Shown one piece after another: positions 25,997 to 32,000 of a stretch of DNA of 32,000 nucleotides. Source of the stretch: Paramicrosporidium saccamoebae KSL3 (Eukaryota > Fungi > Cryptomycota); contig MTSL01000165.1 in the NCBI GenBank assembly GCA_002794465.1, positions 3,271 through 35,270 on the forward strand, written 5' to 3'. The notes under the pieces are model-generated. The model was not told the DNA's origin and did not search any database. It saw only the letters and a program-made list of their open reading frames with translations. Position numbers and translations under genes: made by a program. Each line of letters starts with the position of its first letter. Position 1 is the stretch's first letter.

Positions 25997-28075
25997 TTAT
26001 TTGTCTAATGATTCCGCCTGGTAAAGTTTTTTCGCCACCCACTCTTCGACTCTATTGTACTCGCGCATGGTTGGCAGCATATGACACGTCTTCCACAGCC
26101 AATCCAAAACGTTGTGCTTCCACACTGTCTGACCCCTGATCGCTGCTAAATTAACAACCTTCATAGTGCACACCAGCGATGGATCAATGGTGTAGATTGC
26201 CTTTAGAATTTCCACCTTACTGTAAGTTACGGCCAACTCTACAATATTTGGAGTTATGACCAATCCTTGCTCATGCAGCCACTGGAATACTTTTACGTGG
26301 CCCCAATAAATAGCATCCCGCAATAATTCCGAGTCAACCTTGATCGTGCTCATTGATGCGATCCATTTGAGAACGCATAACTGTGCTTCCTCGGGTACAT
26401 GGTTTGAATTTGAATAGATGTCTCTCAAGTTTGGTAGCGCGTCCTTGAAAAGGTTTGCCAATATCCATTCCATGAGGTCCTGATTGTTGTGCATGGCGGC
26501 GTACAGGAGGCACTTTGACGTGTTAATGCCAGGGAGTTTGTCTGTAGGTACTATTCGGGTGCTGTCAGTGTTGAAAATCCAGTTCAAAACGAGAAAATGG
26601 CCCTTTTCACAGGCCTTTTCCACAGAATAATTGTTGGGAAGAATTACAAATCTGCCCCAAATCCATTCAAGAATGTCAATATATCCACCCACTGCTGCAC
26701 AATTTGCCACCTCCTGCTTCCATTTATCAGAAATCTCTGGATCTGCAAGTGCATTCTGCACTTTTTGTAGATTGCCTTTTGACACTACTAATAAAACGGC
26801 TACTTCGGGTTGTAGAGTGATACCGAGCTCGTCTCGAAGAGATTTGATAATTTCATGAGAGCTGGTATTCTTGTAGCAAAGAGAAATCACGGAATCCCAG
26901 TTAATCTGATATCCAAACTCGGTGAACAGCCATTTGACAGTCTCCCAATGTCTAGATTGGATGGCGCTGCTCACGGATAACAATGATGGGCCTCTTGTCT
27001 TTTTTCCAGTCCGAGTCGTCGTTTGTTCCTGCTTCTGCATGTGCAACCACTTTAGCACTTCAAGACTGCCTTTTTTGACGGCATAGCTATAAAGGATGCT
27101 ATAGCTGTACTTGAAATTAGGATTCTCTTGGAACATTTCTTGTAATAATGATAAACACTTGTGCTCAACAAGCCAGAGTGCACAGTCCGTATGGATTGAC
27201 AAGGAGTTGTCTTTTGATTGAAGACAGAACTTTGGGATTAGGCTGTAGTCGATATGGAAGAGATCTTGGAGGATTTTGGAAGACATGACAGTATGAGGGG
27301 GGATTACCTGGTTAATTACACGCCTTGACGCATGGTTAATCACCAAATTAATATCATTTTCAGTTCCCCAAGCCACGGCAGGGTGGAATTGAGAAAGAAT
27401 ATTAGCCGCGTCAAACATGATGATGCAGTCGCGCAAATCGTCTTGGGAAATGTCCTCAAAATACGGCTCACGACTGATTTCATCAAAGAGTTTAGCATTG
27501 TCGACCTTGACGATCATTCTCCAGAACTCACTCCATTCAAACTCTTGTTGAGCCCATAAGGTAGTATTAAAGACTGGAGTTTCATAGATCTTGGCCCAGA
27601 ACCAGTGTTTTTGCTCCTGGTCCTTCCAAGTGAAACAACACGCAAGACAGTGCAGGACTCCATAACAGTCAGCTTCAAATGCTTGCTGCACTGTCTCTTC
27701 GACATTGTCTAGCGCGGGGCAGGCGGCCATTATGGCTCTCGCGTCCCGATAAAATGTTTCGATGCGCTCAAAATCGTCGCCTGCCTTTTCACGACGCTTA
27801 GCAAGACTTGATTCAAGGGATTGAACACTCGGGTTAGTGTTTGCAAAATCAACCATTTTACCCAACGGAGTGAGGGTCAAGTCATTGACGCCTGAAACAA
27901 CAAGCTCGATAGAATTGGGATCACCATTTTGCTTGGTGGTATCCGGTAGCTGAAACTCTGTACTGTTCGTCCAACCCTTGCTAAGGCCGCCCGAGCCCGT
28001 TCCTCGGCTCAGGAGTGACAACAGCGAAATTGTTGTGGGCCACAAGATGCGTTGAACTATGCCAGAGAGTCTCAT
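25997..28075 (-). CDS. Signal-peptide-bearing degenerate ankyrin-repeat-like protein, paralog 1 (692 aa)
   Basis: From ATG 28075 (MRLSGIVQRILWPTTISLLSLLSRG). Repeats YAVKKGSLEVLKWLH, AAVGGYIDILEWIW, KACEKGHFLVLNWIF and AIYWGHVKVFQWLH. Colinear with paralog 2. Confidence 0.85.
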   Translation of the reverse strand: MRLSGIVQRILWPTTISLLSLLSRGTGSGGLSKGWTNSTEFQLPDTTKQNGDPNSIELVVSGVNDLTLTPLGKMVDFANTNPSVQSLESSLAKRREKAGDDFERIETFYRDARAIMAACPALDNVEETVQQAFEADCYGVLHCLACCFTWKDQEQKHWFWAKIYETPVFNTTLWAQQEFEWSEFWRMIVKVDNAKLFDEISREPYFEDISQDDLRDCIIMFDAANILSQFHPAVAWGTENDINLVINHASRRVINQVIPPHTVMSSKILQDLFHIDYSLIPKFCLQSKDNSLSIHTDCALWLVEHKCLSLLQEMFQENPNFKYSYSILYSYAVKKGSLEVLKWLHMQKQEQTTTRTGKKTRGPSLLSVSSAIQSRHWETVKWLFTEFGYQINWDSVISLCYKNTSSHEIIKSLRDELGITLQPEVAVLLVVSKGNLQKVQNALADPEISDKWKQEVANCAAVGGYIDILEWIWGRFVILPNNYSVEKACEKGHFLVLNWIFNTDSTRIVPTDKLPGINTSKCLLYAAMHNNQDLMEWILANLFKDALPNLRDIYSNSNHVPEEAQLCVLKWIASMSTIKVDSELLRDAIYWGHVKVFQWLHEQGLVITPNIVELAVTYSKVEILKAIYTIDPSLVCTMKVVNLAAIRGQTVWKHNVLDWLWKTCHMLPTMREYNRVEEWVAKKLYQAESLDK

Positions 28076-28183
28076 TATCCGACCGCGCCACTTCCTTTCC
28101 AACCACCCATCCACTCGGCGGATTACATCTGATGGACCTATACACTGCTATTGGACGGGTTGATCAGGGCATCTTTGTATATG

Positions 28184-28379
28184 TGTGACGTAGAAGACTG
28201 ATTAGCATGTCTTGTGGAAATAGTTCCCTAGTTTGGAGAAGGGATAACCAGAGCAATCGATGAAGGATAATGAGACCTTTACCATTTGGGAGACTATAAA
28301 AGGGTCGTTGGATTGACTGAATAAATTCTCTTCTCTTCTCGCCTAAACTGGGCCGTGGTATTATCCCCACTACGCGACA
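28184..28379 (+). mobile_element. Short interspersed element, copy 5 (196 bp)
   Basis: Ends are TGTGACGTAGAAG and TTATCCCCACTACGCGACA. Flanks TATG/TAGG match 3/4. TATAAA at 28295 and AATAAA at 28320. Shares a 28-nt identical block with copy 3, and its first 23 nt match copy 2 at 20/23. Confidence 0.75.
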
Positions 28380-28909
28380 TAGGTATTGCGTAAGGCCTCT
28401 CCCGTCCACATACAGGAACTCATCATTGAACACTTTGAGTGAGAGATATATCTATCAAACGTCATTTATATAACAGATTCTTTCATCTGATTCTATTACA
28501 ATTATGGGTCGGTATCCCTTAAACACGAATGGGTTCACAATGTACAGCAAACCAATTTGAACTTTAATCTTGTCTGTGTTATATGTGCTGTTAAGGGGGT
28601 GATTTGTGTCTAGCCGTTATGGTGAGCGACCCGATAAAGTGAGGCTAAAGCTCTTGTACAAGTGTGCTTTCCAATCTGGAAAACTAGTGGCTGTTTGGAG
28701 TGAGAAGTGAGGAGCGTGATTATTATCTGGTGCTATAATGCGCTACTGAATCCTGTCATTGCTCGAGTACGGACAACACACGCCACCAATGCTCTATACA
28801 CGCAGATTTCATATCAATAAATGTAGGGAGAAGAGCGTGGTAGTCCAACGATACAAACTCTAATCTCAGAACTTTTGTCTTTATTGGGTTTTCATTTATA
28901 AAGCAATTG

Positions 28910-31111
28910 TTACTGCTGCCGTCTGCCTATCCACTCCTTGACATCCTCGAAGCGCAGATTAGTCGGAAGTATTCCACACGTTTCGACCATCCAATTCAAG
29001 ACATTGTGTCTCCACACACTCTCCCAGCTGGTCGCTGATTCATTGACAACTTTCAAAGTGCACACCAACGCTGGGTTAATGTTGTACATTATTTCTAGAA
29101 TTTTGACTCGGCTGTGTCGTGCAGCGCACTCTACTAATTCGGCAGTTATGGGTAGTCCTTGACTGCATAACCATTGGAAAACTTGTACGTGGTTGAATGT
29201 AACAGCATGCCGCATCATTCTTGGTTTAACCGAGACAGTACCACCTCTCCACAATGCGATCCATTCGAGGGCCCTTAGATATGCTTCGTCAGATAAGTCT
29301 GTAAAAGCCGGATAAATGTCTGCCGCGATTGGCAGCGCACCGGGGAGAAGATTTTTAAGTATCCAGTCCATGGCCTCTTCCTGATCATGTGCGGCGGCGT
29401 AGAGAATGCATCTCAGTGGACTGAGTGTTTGAATGTGTTTGCAAGCTGAACGTTTTCTGGCAATCTTTTCTTCTCGTCGCCTATCAGAAGGGCTATCCTT
29501 ACTCTTGAGGACTATGTGGGTCCTGTCCACTCCAAAAGCCCAGGACAGAACAGAATTATGGCCCATCTTACAAGCCTTCTCTATAACTTGAAGGCTCGGG
29601 AGGATTCCGGACACGTCGTAGATCTTCTGGAGGATGTCAGTACGACCACTTTGTGCTGCAGAATTGGCTATATCGCGCCATGGGAAATCAAGTTCTGGGT
29701 ATAATTCCTCGAGTACACTATTCAACACCTGCCATTCACCTTCCGCTGCTAATAGCCAGACTGCTGACTCTCGTGGCAAGACGACATTGGCCTCGTCTCG
29801 GAGGTATTTGAGGACTTTATGAGAGTTGTTGTTCTTGTAGGACCACATCACTACCGTATTCCAATCAATCAGATTTTCAAAAGTGCCGAATAGCCACTTA
29901 ATCGTCTCTAAATTTCCTGATGTAGCGAGGGTGGACACTAAATATGTTGCTGGGCATTGCATCTTCTCCTCCTCATGCAGCCATTTTATGACATCAAGGC
30001 TGCCTTTTTCAAGGGCTAACTGGCAAAGAAAATTATAGTTGTAGCTGAAATTGGGATTTTCCAGAAGCATTTCTTGTAACAGTGATAAGCAATTATTCTT
30101 GGTGAGCCATTGCGCACATTTGGGGTTTACAGTTGGTATGCCATGTTTTAATTGCATACAGAACGTAGGGATTTGATGGTAGCCAATGCTCAAGTAATAT
30201 TGGAGCAACCTGGCAGAGTCCACATTGTGAGGGGAAATGCTGTTGACGGGTGTTTGAAGGCCGGCAGTACGAGTCATCCAATTACCAATTTTCATTGGCA
30301 TGTGTTTGGCCATTAAAGTAAAGTTTGTCGCAAAGTCCCTTGCAATCGCGCTAGCCATGTTTGGGTGGCAACTCTTAAGGATATTGACTGCATCAAAAAT
30401 AACAATATAGCTTTGCAGCTCGTCCTCAGATAGCGTATCGAGACGCGATCCAGGGCGCATCAGTTTATAGAGCTCGGCGTTATCTGCTCTGAGGACCGTC
30501 ATACAAAAGTCGTTCCACTTAAAGTCCTGTTGGTCCCAAATGGCCTGGTCGATAATGTTGGCTTTGTAAAGCTTGGCCCAAAACCAATGCATCTGCGCAG
30601 CACTCTTCCAAAGTGGATAGCGCGCAAGACAGCGTATAACCTCATGGCATTGGGTTTCAAATGCATGCCGTACTACTTGTTCGGTATTTTCGGGTGTAAG
30701 ACAGTCGATCACAAGGATTATTGCCTTGGCATAATGTGCGTCAATGAGATTAGGATCATCGCCTGCAAGTGCGCGGCTTTTCTTCAGGATAGGTTCGAGT
30801 GCTGCAAGATCCAGTTGGCGTTCCACCACGATTAAGTCGTCCATATACGCAGAGAATTCATCGTCAACAAAAGTGGCTACATGGTGGGTCGTCTCAGTAA
30901 GAGCTAATTTAGCGACACCGGAGGCCATTGCAGCAACGGTTGAATCTTCATCAGCTTTAACTGGCAAAGTGGCGCACAGAACTTGCGACTCGGCATTTTC
31001 CTCATGCTTCATCAAGCTGGCTACAGCAGAGTCAACGTTTCTGCCCAAATAAAGCAATAGCAGTGCCCCAACAGGCCAAAGAATACAGCGGGTTGTAGCA
31101 GAAGATCTCAT
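28910..31111 (-). CDS. Signal-peptide-bearing degenerate ankyrin-repeat-like protein, paralog 2 (733 aa)
   Basis: Starts MRSSATTRCILWPVGALLLLYLG. Repeats LALEKGSLDVIKWLH, LATSGNLETIKWLF, AAQSGRTDILQ, KACKMGHNSVLSWAF and AVTFNHVQVFQWL. Shares HWFWAKLY and other blocks with paralog 1. Confidence 0.87.
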   Translation of the reverse strand: MRSSATTRCILWPVGALLLLYLGRNVDSAVASLMKHEENAESQVLCATLPVKADEDSTVAAMASGVAKLALTETTHHVATFVDDEFSAYMDDLIVVERQLDLAALEPILKKSRALAGDDPNLIDAHYAKAIILVIDCLTPENTEQVVRHAFETQCHEVIRCLARYPLWKSAAQMHWFWAKLYKANIIDQAIWDQQDFKWNDFCMTVLRADNAELYKLMRPGSRLDTLSEDELQSYIVIFDAVNILKSCHPNMASAIARDFATNFTLMAKHMPMKIGNWMTRTAGLQTPVNSISPHNVDSARLLQYYLSIGYHQIPTFCMQLKHGIPTVNPKCAQWLTKNNCLSLLQEMLLENPNFSYNYNFLCQLALEKGSLDVIKWLHEEEKMQCPATYLVSTLATSGNLETIKWLFGTFENLIDWNTVVMWSYKNNNSHKVLKYLRDEANVVLPRESAVWLLAAEGEWQVLNSVLEELYPELDFPWRDIANSAAQSGRTDILQKIYDVSGILPSLQVIEKACKMGHNSVLSWAFGVDRTHIVLKSKDSPSDRRREEKIARKRSACKHIQTLSPLRCILYAAAHDQEEAMDWILKNLLPGALPIAADIYPAFTDLSDEAYLRALEWIALWRGGTVSVKPRMMRHAVTFNHVQVFQWLCSQGLPITAELVECAARHSRVKILEIMYNINPALVCTLKVVNESATSWESVWRHNVLNWMVETCGILPTNLRFEDVKEWIGRRQQ

Positions 31112-31351
31112 CCTACAGCTGCGCCACTCGGTGGGAAAATTTATTTATTAAAAAGTTAAATCTGTTGAATTGGTGAACTATGATTGGACGCCACGATCTG
31201 ATGTGTAGTGAGACAATTTGGGTTTAATAGATGATAACACTTACTTGAGCATGTTCCAGCCATCCTTTTAAATAAGCCGTAATGTTTCTCTCAATTTACA
31301 ACCATTAGTCAGCATAGACCCAACTCTTCCAAGACGCTTTATTTATGCAAT

Positions 31352-31510
31352 GGTTCCTGCTGTTTGTGTGATGGCGATCCATACACGGCACAAAGATTTT
31401 TAAACCGCGGCTTGGGTCGTGGATGCTGGTTAACAGTGGTTTTATTATATGCTAGGTTCTGCTGTCGTGTGATGGCGATCCATACACAGTACAAAGATTT
31501 TTCAAGCGCG
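31352..31510. repeat. ~57-bp direct repeat pair
   Basis: 31352-31409 and 31455-31510, both containing GTGTGATGGCGATCCATACAC...ACAAAGATTTTT. Confidence 0.8.
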
Positions 31511-31858
31511 AATTGGCCCACAATGCGACAGCTTGGGCGATGCCGTTTATAGTGGACAGGGGGAGAACGTATGGTTGGGGGCTTTGGCTTTTCGTCCTGG
31601 GTAAGTGACCTGCTGATCAGTTTACCACGGTGCGCTACCATGACACTTGATAAGGCGGTCGTCTGGGAAGAGTGGCGAGCAGGTTTTTTGAGAATTTAAA
31701 AGATCTGATGGGCCGAGGCTAGTCGATATCCGCTAAAAAGGGGCAAGCGCGTGTATTCGTGGTGGCACCTGCGAGATAATTGAACAGCACTAGCTCAGTT
31801 ATTTTAGGGGAAGTTTTATTTGTGTAGTGGTCCGCATTGTCTACTATCCTGTGGTTGA

Positions 31859-32000
31859 TCAGGCTCGGGTTGTATTCTGTTGACACTTCTTGTCTAGCCA
31901 TTCCAGGACAATGTCCTTCCACGCCCATTGACCTCGCTCCACCTCAGTACGAACTCCAGGAGTGCACACCAACGACGGATCGCGTGCGTATATCGTCTCT
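31859..32000 (-). CDS. C-terminal fragment of ankyrin-like paralog 3 (extends beyond window)
   Basis: The frame from 31999 reads ETIYARDPSLVCTPGVRTEVERGQWAWKDIVLEWLDKKCQQNTTRA*. This aligns to paralog 1 KAIYTIDPSLVCTMKVVNLAAIRGQTVWKHNVLDWLWKTC. Not in the ORF track. Confidence 0.8.
   Translation of the reverse strand, partial: ETIYARDPSLVCTPGVRTEVERGQWAWKDIVLEWLDKKCQQNTTRA

Noticed and set aside
28392-28900. F-box-like fragment (SPVHIQELIIEHF) or decayed gene
   Set aside because: The match is short, has no start or splice support, and is surrounded by stops.
953-31052. The many overlapping antisense or alternate-frame ORFs in the track (e.g. 973..1659, 1184..1852, 12569..13183, 13489..14109, 19187..19744, 22049..22672)
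   Set aside because: They are shadow ORFs of well-supported genes and have no motifs of their own.
31339-31641. Gag zinc-knuckle remnant (LCAVYGSPSH)
   Set aside because: It lacks the second and last Cys of CX2CX4HX4C, there is no other gag/pol signal, and it arises within the direct repeat.

Overview
This is gene-dense eukaryotic DNA with tiny spliceosomal introns (14 found, 28-37 nt) and intergenic gaps as short as 15-42 nt. It most resembles a Rozellomycota or early-microsporidian parasite such as Paramicrosporidium; that is an inference, not a database result. Housekeeping genes are AspRS, PKA regulatory subunit, tetraspanin, POB3/SSRP1, SF3B5, Rac, RBM5/10-like, glycerol kinase, SLU7, 6-phosphogluconolactonase, ALY/YRA1, a minimal SS18 homolog and V-ATPase subunit C. 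The ORF track misses the SS18 gene entirely and catches SF3B5 only as a frame-shifted partial ORF. Accessory genes are four tandem orphan secreted/surface genes at 8.6-15.3 kb (two share an unnamed Cys-containing juxtamembrane domain), a 713-aa secreted repeat-like protein, and three tandem signal-peptide-bearing ankyrin-like paralogs (the third is partial). The main unexplained structure is a family of five 131-245 bp intergenic elements. They have TGTGACGTAG...CTACGYGACA-type ends, 4-bp target-site duplications, mosaic interiors and, in two copies, tandemly amplified ends, so they look like solo LTRs or MITEs. Two are inserted right at stop codons.
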